Assembly: GCA_038231135.1 (NCBI GenBank)
Contig: JBBRLX010000002.1
Location: 64,001 to 128,000 of the forward strand
Source: Candidatus Eiseniibacteriota bacterium
Lineage (GTDB): Bacteria; Eisenbacteria; RBG-16-71-46
DNA: 64,000 bases
Reading direction: 5' to 3'
The notes beneath the pieces are model-generated. The model did no database searches, was not told the origin of the DNA, and saw nothing but the letters and a program-made list of their open reading frames with translations. Of the stretch, positions 19,211 to 29,396 are shown piece after piece; position 1 is the first letter of the stretch; every line of letters begins with the position of its first letter. The position numbers and the translations under genes were made by a program.

Positions 19211-20593
19211 TCAGGCGTAGAACCACAGCAGTTCCGGGCGCTCGAGCAGCTCGCAGATCCGCCGCAGGAACTTGACCGCCACCTCGCCGTCGATCACCCG
19301 GTGATCGAACCCGATCGCCAGGTTCATCATCGGCCGCGCGACGATCTGGCCATCGCGAACCACCGCCCGCTCCTGGATCTTGTGGACCCCGAGGATCGCC
19401 ACCTCGGGCACGTTGATCACCGGGGCCGAGTTGATCGCGCCGAACACGCCGGCGTTCGTGATGCTGAACGTGCCGTCCTGGATGTCGTCGGGCTTGAGCC
19501 GTTCGGCACGGGCCCGGGCGGCCAGGTCGTTCACCTCCGCCGCGAGCTGCGCCACGTTCTTGCGGTCGCAGTCCTTGATGTTGGGAACGATCAGCCCCTT
19601 GTCGTCGCGGCCCACGGCCATGCCGATGTTGTAGTACTTCTTGAGCACGATCGCGTCGCCCTTCACCTCGCCGTTCACCCACGGGAATTCCTTGAGCGCG
19701 AACACCGACGCCTTGATGAAGAACGGCATGTAGGTGAGCTTGACGCCGTGCGCCTCGAGCCGGGGCGCGTATTCCTTGCGCAACGCGACCAGCGCGGCCA
19801 TGTCGGCCTCGTCGAAGCAGTGGGTGTGCGCCGCCGTGTGCTTCGCCTTCACCATGTTCTCGGCGATCAGCCGCCGCACCTTGGTGAACGGCACCGTCTC
19901 GGTGCGTTCGCCGGACGCGGCGGGTGCTGCGCTCGCGGTGAGGAACCCCGGCAGCGGCCCGGGCGCGGCGGCCGGAGCCGCCGTACGCGACGGGGCCGCG
20001 GGTGCGGGCGCCGCGGTCCGGTTCTGCAGGTAATCGAGCAGATCGTCGCGCGTCACGCGGCCCGAGACGCCGGAGCCGGCGATGCGCGTCAGCTCGTCGA
20101 GCGCCACGTTCTGCTCGCGCATGATTTTGCGCACCGCGGGCGACAGGCTGCGCTCGTGCTCCAGGTCGGTGCCGTTGCCGGCGCCGGACGCGGCCGCCTG
20201 CAGCGGTGCCGGCGCGCGCGACGCCGCCACGGGCACCCGTGAGCCGCCCGCCGGGGCGGGAGCCGCGGGCGCAGCGGGCGCCGGCGCAGCCGCAGCGGTA
20301 GCCTTCGCGGCCGCGGGCGTCGCGGCGGCGGGAGCGGGCGTCGCGACGGCGTCACCCGCGGACGCGAGCACGCCGATCTCGGTGCCGACGAGCACGGTGG
20401 TGCCTTCCTGCACCACGATCGACTGCAGCGTACCCTCGGCCGGCGACGGGATCTCGACGTTGATCTTGTCGGTCTGGATCTCGACCAGCGGCTCTTCCTT
20501 GCGCACGCGGTCCCCGACCGCCTTGAGCCACTTGGAAACGGTCCCCTCGGCGACGCTCTCCCCGAGCTGGGGCACGACGATGGATACGCTCAT
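19211..20593 (-). CDS. Dihydrolipoamide acyltransferase (E2) of a 2-oxoacid dehydrogenase complex
   Basis: Lipoyl domain EIQTDKINVE, Ala/Pro linkers, subunit-binding SPAVRK..GSGVSGRVTRDD, catalytic DHRVIDG; substrate specificity cannot be determined. Confidence 0.93.
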   Translation of the reverse strand: MSVSIVVPQLGESVAEGTVSKWLKAVGDRVRKEEPLVEIQTDKINVEIPSPAEGTLQSIVVQEGTTVLVGTEIGVLASAGDAVATPAPAAATPAAAKATAAAAPAPAAPAAPAPAGGSRVPVAASRAPAPLQAAASGAGNGTDLEHERSLSPAVRKIMREQNVALDELTRIAGSGVSGRVTRDDLLDYLQNRTAAPAPAAPSRTAAPAAAPGPLPGFLTASAAPAASGERTETVPFTKVRRLIAENMVKAKHTAAHTHCFDEADMAALVALRKEYAPRLEAHGVKLTYMPFFIKASVFALKEFPWVNGEVKGDAIVLKKYYNIGMAVGRDDKGLIVPNIKDCDRKNVAQLAAEVNDLAARARAERLKPDDIQDGTFSITNAGVFGAINSAPVINVPEVAILGVHKIQERAVVRDGQIVARPMMNLAIGFDHRVIDGEVAVKFLRRICELLERPELLWFYA

Positions 20594-20684
20594 GATTCCC
20601 TGGCCTCCCCTGAAATCCTCCGCCCGCGGGCGGTATGCGTTGCGGTCGGGTGGCGCCGCGCTGCCTGCGCGGCCCGCGCCGTCG

Positions 20685-21239
20685 TCAATGTCCCACCGGC
20701 AAGTTCGATCCTGTGGCACGCTGCTGGTTGCGATGTTCGAGCCGCACCCGCCGGCGCTCCTTCGCCCGGGAGTGCTCGTCACGCTCGGTGTCGGTTTCGA
20801 GTTGCAGCGGCGGCACCGCGACCGGCCGCCGGGTGATCGCGTCGATCGCCACGAACGTCACGTAGGCGGTGCTCGTGTGGCGTCGCTCCCCGGTCAGGAA
20901 GTCCTCCGAATCGACATCCACGCAGATCTCCATGCTGCTGTGATCGACCAGCGTGATGTGGGCGCGGATCAGCGCGAGCTGGCCCACGAGGATCGGTGCC
21001 TGGAACGACATCTCGTCGATCGCCGCCGTGACCACGGGACAGCGGCTATGCCGACTTGCCACCACCGCGGCGGCCAGATCGATCCAGTGCATCACCGTGC
21101 CGCCGAGCACGCTGCCGTGGACGTTGGCCTGGTGCGGCAGCACCAGCTCCGCCATCTCCGTGGCCGAGTCCGCGACGCGGCGCGGCGGCAGCGCGGTGTC
21201 GGGCGCGGCGAGGATCGGGTCTCCCTTAGGTCGTGGCAC
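20685..21239 (-). CDS. Acyl-CoA thioesterase (hotdog fold)
   Basis: VLPHQANVHGSVLGG..IDLAA, VTAAID, AYVTFVAID. Confidence 0.9.
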   Translation of the reverse strand: MPRPKGDPILAAPDTALPPRRVADSATEMAELVLPHQANVHGSVLGGTVMHWIDLAAAVVASRHSRCPVVTAAIDEMSFQAPILVGQLALIRAHITLVDHSSMEICVDVDSEDFLTGERRHTSTAYVTFVAIDAITRRPVAVPPLQLETDTERDEHSRAKERRRVRLEHRNQQRATGSNLPVGH

Positions 21240-21300
21240 GAATCGGGATTATAGGGACCGGATCGGACGGGGCGCAACGGACGGGGACAACCCATTAAAA

Positions 21301-21331
21301 CGGCCGGCCGTCCACGAAGGACGGCCGGCCG
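21301..21331 (-). terminator. Intrinsic terminator
   Basis: Perfect 13-bp stem cggccggccgtcc/ggacggccggccg followed by UUUU on the minus strand, just after the stop at 21357. Confidence 0.75.
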
Positions 21332-21356
21332 GTGAAACCATGCTGGTTCCGCGACG

Positions 21357-23450
21357 TCAGTCGGTGATGACCGTCCGCGTCGTGCGCACCTCACCGTTCG
21401 CATGCAGACGGTAGAAGTACATGCCCGAGCGCACCTGCTTGCCGCTCGCGTTCAGACCGCTCCAGGACTTCTGATAGATGCCGGCTTCCATCCGGCCGGT
21501 GGCGATCGTCGCCACGTGACGGCCGAAGATGTCGTACACGCCGAGGTCGACCTGCGTCGCCCGCGGCAGCGAGAACTGGAAGTTCACCGTACGCGCCGGG
21601 TTCGGGAACGCGGAGAACGACAGCGCTCCCGCGAACTGCGATCCGACACCCGCCGGGTTCTTGATCACGATGTCGGCCTGCGACCTGGGAGCCACCCGGA
21701 AGCTGGGGGTGCTGGTGCTGGTCGTGTAGTGGATCACGCCGGTCACATCGACCAGCGTGCCGGGTGCGGGATAGCTCGCCGCGACATTCGGGCCGAGCAC
21801 CAGGTTGATGTTCTCGCAGAACATCGTGTCCGGGTACAACGGCGCCGGACCGGCGACGTGGAAGCCGGTGGTCGGCAGCGGGATGAACCGCTGAACCACC
21901 TTCACGTTCTGCAGCTTGACCAGCTCGGACAGGTAGTCACGCGCGCTGTTGATGTTCTGGTCGGCGTCGCAGGTGTCGTAGCTGGCGAGCGCGATCCGCA
22001 TCTTGATCGGCGCCGGAACGCCCGGCGTGCCGACGTCGCGCACGTACTGGACGGACGCGAACTCGTTCTCACTGAAGAACTCCTCGGACGCGCCGGCGAT
22101 CACGTACTGGTGACCCAGGGTCAGCGCGACCGGCGGTGCGAACACCGTGATGCCGCGGTGGTCGGCGGCCGGGCTCAACGGAGTCGGATCTTCCATGTAG
22201 TACAGGTTGCCAAACACGCCCGTCACAATGCCGGTCACCGTCGAGCGCGGTCCGAACAGGCCGTTCGTGAACTGGCCGAGCGCGCCCGCGTAATTGGACT
22301 TGTCGTGGCAGGGATTCGCGGCGAGCGAATCGGGGTTCGGCGACGACATCTGACCGGTGGTGAGCAGACCGGCGAGGAACGTGGAATTCACCGGCGTCGT
22401 CATGGTCTTGTTGTTGGCGACGCCCGTGATGCCATTGACCTGGATGGTTTCCTGCGAGCCGTCCAGCAGACCGGTCGTCACGTTGAGAATCACCGCACTC
22501 GTGCCGTCCATCACCGCCGAATTCACGGTGCCGAACGAAGCCAGCGTGTAGTTGGCCGTGTTCGTGGCGGTGCCCACGGTCACGTCGCGGTCGAACACGA
22601 CGCGGTACTGCGTGTCGGTGATCGAGTACGCGTCGGAGACACCGGGCGGCACGTTGTCGATGATGTCGGCGGCGTCACGCGGCATGATGCGGAATCCGCG
22701 CGTCGCCTCATTGCCGATGCCGGACACCTGGGTCAGGATCGTGCCCAGCGCCGGCGGCACGATGGTCGTGAGCTTGCCGAAGTCGAGGAACACCGAGTCG
22801 CTCGGGGCCGCGTCGCGGACGACGAGGCAGGCCTTGAACAGGTTCGAGTCGCCGACGCGCGCCACGCGGACGGGGCCGGTGAGCCTCACCAGCGCGCTCA
22901 CGTAGGGGGCGAACGTGGTGTTGGTGGGCAGCTCGTTCAGGTCCGTGGTATTGCCGGAGAAGAATCCCGGCAGCGGACGGCCGCTGACGATCTTGCGGAG
23001 CACGATGTTCGGGCTCGAGAAGTTGTTGTTCGGGGCCTCGAGCTCGGTGTCGCCGGCGAACTGGGCGACGCGCGCGAACTCGACGCGGATCGAGTCACCG
23101 CGCTGGAAGTTGTAGACCGGCCGCATGTTCGTGCCGTGGGTGAACACGTCGATACCGCTGTTCTGTCCGCCCGACGACTGCTGGATGTAGACATCGAAGC
23201 CGGTCGGGTTTTCGTCGAAGCCGGTGATGATGCCGCCGACACCGTTCACAGTGTCACCGATGGCGCCCGCGGCGCCGGTCTGCGGCGCGCAGGAGGCTGC
23301 GGTGTTCAGCAGCGACTTGAGGCGAATGATCGACAACGTATCCGTACATGTGACGTGATCCGAATTCGGATACGACGTAAACGCAAACGCGGCACTGGCT
23401 ACGATCAACATCGTGGCCGCGCCAAGAGCAGTAACAAGCAACTTCCTCAT
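21357..23450 (-). CDS. Secreted protein with repeated OB-fold-like modules, an Ig-like segment and a FlgD/T9SS-like C-terminal domain
   Basis: AFA signal site; two GIxTG..Yh(Q/E)..GIxVF modules resembling YhcR/ExeM-type OB folds; AFPNP...YDIFGRHV...SGMYFYRL C-terminus; GAGG RBS. Confidence 0.8.
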   Translation of the reverse strand: MRKLLVTALGAATMLIVASAAFAFTSYPNSDHVTCTDTLSIIRLKSLLNTAASCAPQTGAAGAIGDTVNGVGGIITGFDENPTGFDVYIQQSSGGQNSGIDVFTHGTNMRPVYNFQRGDSIRVEFARVAQFAGDTELEAPNNNFSSPNIVLRKIVSGRPLPGFFSGNTTDLNELPTNTTFAPYVSALVRLTGPVRVARVGDSNLFKACLVVRDAAPSDSVFLDFGKLTTIVPPALGTILTQVSGIGNEATRGFRIMPRDAADIIDNVPPGVSDAYSITDTQYRVVFDRDVTVGTATNTANYTLASFGTVNSAVMDGTSAVILNVTTGLLDGSQETIQVNGITGVANNKTMTTPVNSTFLAGLLTTGQMSSPNPDSLAANPCHDKSNYAGALGQFTNGLFGPRSTVTGIVTGVFGNLYYMEDPTPLSPAADHRGITVFAPPVALTLGHQYVIAGASEEFFSENEFASVQYVRDVGTPGVPAPIKMRIALASYDTCDADQNINSARDYLSELVKLQNVKVVQRFIPLPTTGFHVAGPAPLYPDTMFCENINLVLGPNVAASYPAPGTLVDVTGVIHYTTSTSTPSFRVAPRSQADIVIKNPAGVGSQFAGALSFSAFPNPARTVNFQFSLPRATQVDLGVYDIFGRHVATIATGRMEAGIYQKSWSGLNASGKQVRSGMYFYRLHANGEVRTTRTVITD

Positions 23451-23762
23451 GGGAACACCTCTCGTTGAAGTGGGACCGGGTTGCGACACGTACTCTTAGC
23501 GCTCGTTTGGAAGGCGGTACCTCGTTGCACTCCCGCAACTCTCGCGCAGACGAGAAGTTGGTGTGCGAAGATTGGACAAGCCCATGCAAAGCATAACAAG
23601 CCGCGACGGGATGGGTCGAACAAAATGCATGAGTCGCTTGAGTTTCGACCGTGTAACGAGTTCGCGGAATCGGGGGAGAGTTTCAGGGTTCGAAACTTCG
23701 ATCGCCGCTGTGAACCGATGCTACCTGAACCACACAAAGGGTAGGGTCAGACGACCCTTCCG

Positions 23763-25208
23763 TCAAGGCCCAGTCAATCCCAGCAGCCCGAAAATCTTGA
23801 GGAGGACGAGGCTCGCACGCTGACCCGCGACCGCCGTTCCCGACACCATGGGGTAGGTATCCACGATCATCCGGCCCCCATGCGGCTGCGGCACGTTGAG
23901 ACCGACCGCCATGTCGATCGCATTGTCCTGCGAAAACGTGTGGGCGGGGACCACAGCGAGGATCTGCGAGGCGTCGCGGGTCAGGAACCCGCGCATGCCG
24001 CCGACGATGCGCCGGTTCACGAGGCTGTCCGAGAGCGTCGGGAACAGCACGGTTCCGGAACCGGACAGCCCCCATGCCGCCGACGAGTCGGGCACGGGGA
24101 AGAACTGGAACACCCCGGCGCAGTTGAGATACCGGTCCGCGAAGTCCAGGGACAACGCCCCGTTCGTGTTCGGCGTCGCGATCAGGGCGAGCGACTCGAT
24201 GAGCATGCGGCCGCCCTGGTCCAGGTAGGGGCCGATTCCGTCCCCGAAGCTCCCCAGCGTTTTCGAGGACAACGTCTGTTCGCCGTGATACCAGACCACG
24301 GTCTCGAACTGGTCGAGCGTCTGCTCGAGGTCCCTGGCCGACCGGAACGGCTGATTCACCGCCAGGTGCAGCACCGACCAGTCGCCGGCCAGGAGCCCGG
24401 CGTTCGCGATGGCATGGACGTAGAGCGTGTCGTTGCGGAACTTCGCCGCATCGTTGCTGGGCAGGTCGTCCACGAGCAGCAGCCGGGCCCGGGCCCCCGT
24501 GACCGGGGCGCGGACGTACCACCGCACGCTGTCGACCGAGCCGAGCATGCCGCCGTCGTCGATGCCCTGGATGTAGAGCGTGCGGAAGCCCGACTTATAG
24601 ACGCCGTTCTCGAGAAACTTGGCGCTCGGCAGCGTGAACGTGAAGCTGTTCGCGACCACCGCCTCGTCCTCGTGCCCGTTGAGCCACACGCGGCTCACGA
24701 CCTTGTTGGCGTCGCCGTCGGGATCCGACACCGTCCACTGGATGGTGATCGACGCGAACGTGGTGTCGGAGCGGTCGGCCGAGTTCGGCTTGGTGACGAT
24801 CCGCACCACGGGCGGGGTGTTCCTGAAGTTGAACACCTGGTGCGCCGGGTCCGGGTCCTTCACGCCCTTGTCGTCGATCGCGCGCGCCTCGAACACCGCA
24901 GACGTGAATCCGGTCGGGGCGAGCACCGTGATCAGGCTGTCGGTGAGCGTCGTGAACCGCCACGCGGAGTCGGCCGGAGCCGCGGGGTTGAGCAAGCGGA
25001 CTTCGTAGCCGGCGATATAGCCGCCGGCCTCGGTTCCGAACCAGTGCATGTGGACGACGTGGTTCACGGTGTCCACCGGTCCCTGGATGAAGATGATCGT
25101 GTGCGGCGCGGAATTCGGGCGCAGGACGCCCTTGATCCCGCACCCGGCCACGGCGAGTGCCGCGAGCGCGAGCCCCGCCCAGAGTCCCTCCATCGAGATC
25201 CGGCGCAT
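23763..25208 (-). CDS. Putative lipoprotein (Ig/FN3-like N-terminal part)
   Basis: Lipobox VAGC; FEARAIDDKGVKDPDPA and SDPDGD; real gene is the 3' part of ORF 23763..26918. Confidence 0.8.
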   Translation of the reverse strand: MRRISMEGLWAGLALAALAVAGCGIKGVLRPNSAPHTIIFIQGPVDTVNHVVHMHWFGTEAGGYIAGYEVRLLNPAAPADSAWRFTTLTDSLITVLAPTGFTSAVFEARAIDDKGVKDPDPAHQVFNFRNTPPVVRIVTKPNSADRSDTTFASITIQWTVSDPDGDANKVVSRVWLNGHEDEAVVANSFTFTLPSAKFLENGVYKSGFRTLYIQGIDDGGMLGSVDSVRWYVRAPVTGARARLLLVDDLPSNDAAKFRNDTLYVHAIANAGLLAGDWSVLHLAVNQPFRSARDLEQTLDQFETVVWYHGEQTLSSKTLGSFGDGIGPYLDQGGRMLIESLALIATPNTNGALSLDFADRYLNCAGVFQFFPVPDSSAAWGLSGSGTVLFPTLSDSLVNRRIVGGMRGFLTRDASQILAVVPAHTFSQDNAIDMAVGLNVPQPHGGRMIVDTYPMVSGTAVAGQRASLVLLKIFGLLGLTGP

Positions 25209-25210
25209 GA

Positions 25211-27199
25211 TCAGAAGTTCTCCCGGTCGGATTTCACGATCAGGAACTTGCCGGTCTGCCGCTTCTTCGTGCGCTTGTCCTCGATCGCCCACATGTAGAG
25301 CCCGGTCGCCGCGGCCTGGCTCTGGCGGGTGATGAGGTCCCAGCCGAACGTGGTCCCCGACAGCACCGCCTTCACGTCGGTGCCGGGGCGGAAGATGCCC
25401 CGGGCATTGCGGCCGTCGTACGTCGCGCCGTTGAAGTCGGTCTCGAACACCAGGTCCCCGGATAGCGTGTAGATGTGGATCGTGCATTCGGTCGGCAGGT
25501 TCGCGAACCACAGGTAATGGTCCCGCGCCTGTTGCGCCCGGTCCCACGACGTCTCGACGCGATAGGGGTTCGGGAACACCGTCACGCTGTTCGGGGCGAC
25601 CTCGCCGGGTGCCGGCGCCGGCACCCCCGCCAGCTCGTTCTGGGCGAAGCCGCTCTCGAGCGACTCGATGTCCTGGGTGCCGAGATCGTAGGCCGTCACC
25701 GCGGTGAAGTACTTGAAGCCGTCGCGGAGGTGATCGATCGTGAACCGGTAGTGGTAGGTGACGCCGTCGATCACCAGCGGCTGGGCCAGCCGCACGGCAT
25801 CGAGGCCGGTGTTGAACCCGGTGGTGTCGTTGACGCCCCCCTTGAGGTCGAACTGCGCCGCCTGGTCCAGCGAGTCGCGGCTGCTGCCGATGTAGATGCG
25901 GTAGCCCTCGAAGTCCTTGCCGATCGGGCTCGTGCGGTCGATGAAGTTCTCCGCCGAATCGTCCCAGTAGTAATCGAGCGCATGATCCCTCGCCACGACC
26001 TTGAACTGCGGGGAGGGCGGCGGCACGGGCACGATGTAGTGGAGGTCGTAGGCGCGCTGGGCGGTGACCGCCCGCTTCGCGAGTTCCGCCGCAGTCGTGC
26101 CGCCGATGTAGGCGAAGTCCACGGAGATGCTGTCGCCCGGATTGACCGTGAAGAACGGCCCTACGGCCAACAGGCTCACGGGATCGCCGGTCCCCGGCGC
26201 GAGGCTGTCGGGCAGCGGGTTGAGATTGGTCTTGAGGCCGCTCGCCATCAGCACGTACTTGAGCGAGTCCTCGGAGCGTGCCGGATCGCCCGGGGCATAG
26301 TTCCAGGCCTGGAACGTGACCCGCTTGTCGGTGGTGTCGCTGACGTTGCCGGGCTTGACCCCGAGCAGCTTCATGCCCACCAGCTCCGGCACCAGGTCGA
26401 ACCGGCATTGCGCGGGGAACGGCCGGCCCTGGCAGAACCGCTCCGTCTCCATGCTCAGCGAGTCCACGTAGCCGATGAGCTTCTTCGAGAACCACCCGCT
26501 CGGCGGCACCTGGCTCTGCAGCCGCATGTTGCCGCTCGCGAACTCGTCGTACATGCCGAAGTACAGGCCGCGCAGCGGCGGGCCGTCGTTCTTGATGACG
26601 TAGTGGAAGATGACGAAGTGCGCGTAGTCGGAGAACGACCACGCGAACGTGTACTGGGTCACGATCACATTCAGCGGGCGGTGGCGCTTGCGGCGGTCGG
26701 CCGGGCGGTCGCTGTACTGCGAGATGTAGTCGGTCTCGCTGATCGCATCGCGATCGAAGAACCGGCTGTTCGGCAGCGTCGACCGCGCGCCGACCGACAG
26801 GCCGGCGGGGGTGAATTCGCTGGCGGCGGCGCTGCTGGAGCCGGCCGAACCGTCCTCGGCCGCGATCGTGACGCCGATGAACGCGCCGTCCTCGTCCGCC
26901 GACAGCGCGCCGATCCACGGGCCGCCGCGCACCATGTGCATGTGGCTCGAGCCCAGCGGGTATTCGAACGACGGCGCGAACGACGAGAAGTTCGTGCCGA
27001 TGAAGCCGTAGTTCGTGAGCGTCATGCCCACCTTGTTCGCGGTCAGCACGCGGGCGGCATACTGGATCGAATCGCCGGTGGCCGTGACGCGCTCCGCACC
27101 GTACGGTTCGGGAAGCAGCGGATGGTCCACGGCGGCGCGCGCGGAGGTGGCGAGCAGGGCGGCCGCGGCCGTCGCGAGCAGGATCGAACGGGTATGCAT
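25211..27199 (-). CDS. Secreted protein with T9SS-like C-terminal sorting domain, TonB-receptor operon associated
   Basis: Signal peptide ending ARA; PxPPPSP..DFEGYRIY..YxAVTAYD FN3-like region; VFPNPY...FANLP...IYTLSGDLV...WDL...GLY C-terminus; TGATG overlap with upstream stop. Confidence 0.85.
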   Translation of the reverse strand: MHTRSILLATAAAALLATSARAAVDHPLLPEPYGAERVTATGDSIQYAARVLTANKVGMTLTNYGFIGTNFSSFAPSFEYPLGSSHMHMVRGGPWIGALSADEDGAFIGVTIAAEDGSAGSSSAAASEFTPAGLSVGARSTLPNSRFFDRDAISETDYISQYSDRPADRRKRHRPLNVIVTQYTFAWSFSDYAHFVIFHYVIKNDGPPLRGLYFGMYDEFASGNMRLQSQVPPSGWFSKKLIGYVDSLSMETERFCQGRPFPAQCRFDLVPELVGMKLLGVKPGNVSDTTDKRVTFQAWNYAPGDPARSEDSLKYVLMASGLKTNLNPLPDSLAPGTGDPVSLLAVGPFFTVNPGDSISVDFAYIGGTTAAELAKRAVTAQRAYDLHYIVPVPPPSPQFKVVARDHALDYYWDDSAENFIDRTSPIGKDFEGYRIYIGSSRDSLDQAAQFDLKGGVNDTTGFNTGLDAVRLAQPLVIDGVTYHYRFTIDHLRDGFKYFTAVTAYDLGTQDIESLESGFAQNELAGVPAPAPGEVAPNSVTVFPNPYRVETSWDRAQQARDHYLWFANLPTECTIHIYTLSGDLVFETDFNGATYDGRNARGIFRPGTDVKAVLSGTTFGWDLITRQSQAAATGLYMWAIEDKRTKKRQTGKFLIVKSDRENF

Positions 27200-28386
27200 C
27201 ACGGGCGCCTCTTGTAGCGGATCACCTGACCCCGGCCCAGGTCGGCGACGTACGCCAGGGAGTCGTCGACACCGATGGCGATGGGATCGAGCAGCGGCAG
27301 GTTGTCGGAATTCTTCTCGATGTTCACGTCCTGCAGGTAGGTACCGTAGGTGTCGTACCGGACGATTCGCTGGTTGTGCCGGTCGACCACGTACAGGAAG
27401 CCGGACTCGTCGACGGCGACACCCTGCGGGGCGTCGAAGCTGGTGCCGGTGGGCGTCTCGCTGCCGTCCACCTTCGTGATCCCGACGCCGGCCAGCGTGG
27501 TCGCGATCAGCTTCGCCTTGTTGTTGCCACGGTCGGCCACGAACACCGCGCCCCCGCGCGTCGGCGTCCACGTGGTCCCGCGCGGATCGGACACCGACGA
27601 GTTGCCGGTGCCGTCGAGCACCACCCAGGTGGTGTCCCGGTGCCAGTTCGCCCCCGGCATGTGGATGTCACCGATGCCCGGATACTTGGGACCCGGCGCG
27701 TAGCGGTAGACCCGCGAGATGAACTTGCGGGTGCGGATGCGCGGGTCGACCATCGAGGTGTCGAGCACCACGGCGATGCCGGATACGTAGACGTTGCCCA
27801 GGTCGTCGGCCGCGATGCCGTTGACGACCGCGATCGTGGTGTCGGTGAACGTCGACACCGTGTCGCCGCCGCTGATGCCGTATTCGCGCACCCGCCAGAT
27901 CGCCGAGTAGTCGAGGACGATGCTGGGCCGGCCGTCGTGCACGGTGTCCGGGCGGCAGGTGCCGCGCTCGGGGTCGAACTTGGCGAGGCACGAGTCGCCC
28001 TCGTCGAGCACGAACAGCTTGTTCCGGGCCGACGCGATCGCGACCGGATTGAACAGCGTCCGCGGCGCGTTGAAGAACGGCGAGCCGATCGGCACCGGCT
28101 GGGTGAACGGATACAGCCGGACTTCGCCGCGCGGGGTCTGCGGTCCGCCGCTGCCGCCGTGGTTGAACAGCAGGAACAACTGGGAGCCGGTGCCGCGCGT
28201 GATCATCACGTCGCGGATGCCGTCGAGGCCCTTCCACGTCGCCAGCATGGCGTAGCTCTTGTCGCTCGGCACCGGGGCGTTGTTGCGGCGCTCGGTCGGC
28301 AGCTCGAACTTGCCGCCGCAGCCGGCGGCGAGCCCGATCGCGAGCAATCCCACGCCCACTCCCGCCAGCACGCTCGCGCGGCGCAT
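27199..28386 (-). CDS. NHL-repeat beta-propeller lipoprotein
   Basis: Lipobox AAGC; FDAPQGVAVDESGFLYVVDRHNQRI, VFVADRGNN; TGATG overlap with upstream stop. Confidence 0.85.
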   Translation of the reverse strand: MRRASVLAGVGVGLLAIGLAAGCGGKFELPTERRNNAPVPSDKSYAMLATWKGLDGIRDVMITRGTGSQLFLLFNHGGSGGPQTPRGEVRLYPFTQPVPIGSPFFNAPRTLFNPVAIASARNKLFVLDEGDSCLAKFDPERGTCRPDTVHDGRPSIVLDYSAIWRVREYGISGGDTVSTFTDTTIAVVNGIAADDLGNVYVSGIAVVLDTSMVDPRIRTRKFISRVYRYAPGPKYPGIGDIHMPGANWHRDTTWVVLDGTGNSSVSDPRGTTWTPTRGGAVFVADRGNNKAKLIATTLAGVGITKVDGSETPTGTSFDAPQGVAVDESGFLYVVDRHNQRIVRYDTYGTYLQDVNIEKNSDNLPLLDPIAIGVDDSLAYVADLGRGQVIRYKRRP

Positions 28387-29396
28387 CAGAACGTCACCCC
28401 GAGCGAGAACCGGTGGATGGCGCCGAGGAAGCCGCCGTCGGTGTACGCGTAATCGAGCGTGCCGTGCAGCGAGGCCAGGTCGCCCGCGAAGCCGGCGCCG
28501 GCGCTGAACTTGAGATCGTCGGAATTGAAGTTGTAGCCGGTGCGCAGCGCGAACACGCGGCGGATCGACCACTCCGCGCCCGCCTTCATCTGCTGGCGGT
28601 TGTCGGCAGGCTGATTCATCTCGATCGCCGTGGTCAGGCGGTTCGTCGAGTTCTCGATCGGTTCGAACGCCAGTCCGTACCGGAAGCTGAGCGGCGGGTC
28701 GAACCCGTCGTACTGCCGCACCTCGCCGCTGTAGGGCGACACGTAGCGGCCGGCCGGCTTCAGCTCGGAGCCGAAGTTCGACAGCGAGGTCGCGATCCGG
28801 ATGCTGCCGATGCCGAGATAGAAGATGGAGCCCACATCGTAGAGGATGGCGCTGGTGGTCGGGCCGCCGAGCTGGGAACCCAGGTCCTCGCGGATGTACT
28901 TGGCCCCCACGCCGACCAGCAGCTTGTCGGTCCAGCGCCGCGCGTACGCCGCGCCGGCGACGAAGTCGGAGTAGGTGAACTGCCGGCCGGTGCCGAACGG
29001 ATCGAGGTCGGTCGTCTCCTGGACGGTGGTGCCGAGCACGCCGAACTGCAGGCCGATCGAGCCGCCGAGCCGCTTTGACGGGATCACCAGCGTGAGGTGG
29101 TCGTAGTGGATGTCGGCCGGCCAGTCGGCGTGCGACTCCGAGATCACCCGGCGCTGCAGCGATGCCAGCCCGGCGACGTTCCAGTAGATCGCGCTGGGGT
29201 CGTTCGCCACCGCGACGAACGTCTCCCCCATGCCGGTGGCGCGTGCCCCGACGCCGATGCGCAGGAACGTGCCCGACGCGGTGCCCGCGCGCTGCCCGCC
29301 GAGGTCGTTCTGGGCCGACGCCGGAGCGTGCGCCAGCATCAGCCATAGCCCCGCGGCCACCGCGGCCCGCAACAGCCGGCGATCAGAAGTCGACAT
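28386..29396 (-). CDS. PorV/PorQ-family (FadL-like) outer-membrane beta-barrel
   Basis: FLRIGVGARATGMGE, DPSAIYWNVAGL, LRTGY, DYAYTD..LGAIHRFSLGVTF terminal Phe. Confidence 0.85.
   Translation of the reverse strand: MSTSDRRLLRAAVAAGLWLMLAHAPASAQNDLGGQRAGTASGTFLRIGVGARATGMGETFVAVANDPSAIYWNVAGLASLQRRVISESHADWPADIHYDHLTLVIPSKRLGGSIGLQFGVLGTTVQETTDLDPFGTGRQFTYSDFVAGAAYARRWTDKLLVGVGAKYIREDLGSQLGGPTTSAILYDVGSIFYLGIGSIRIATSLSNFGSELKPAGRYVSPYSGEVRQYDGFDPPLSFRYGLAFEPIENSTNRLTTAIEMNQPADNRQQMKAGAEWSIRRVFALRTGYNFNSDDLKFSAGAGFAGDLASLHGTLDYAYTDGGFLGAIHRFSLGVTF

Noticed and set aside
23451..23762. Sigma-54 promoter or small ORFs in the AT-richer intergenic region
   Set aside because: GG-N10-GC spacing not found in a TGGCAC..TTGC context; the short ORFs lack RBS and coding bias
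23763..29346. Long N-terminal extensions of ORFs 23763..26918, 25211..27571 and 27199..29346
   Set aside because: The extensions overlap upstream genes in other frames; real starts with signal peptides or lipoboxes lie at 25208, 27199 and 28386
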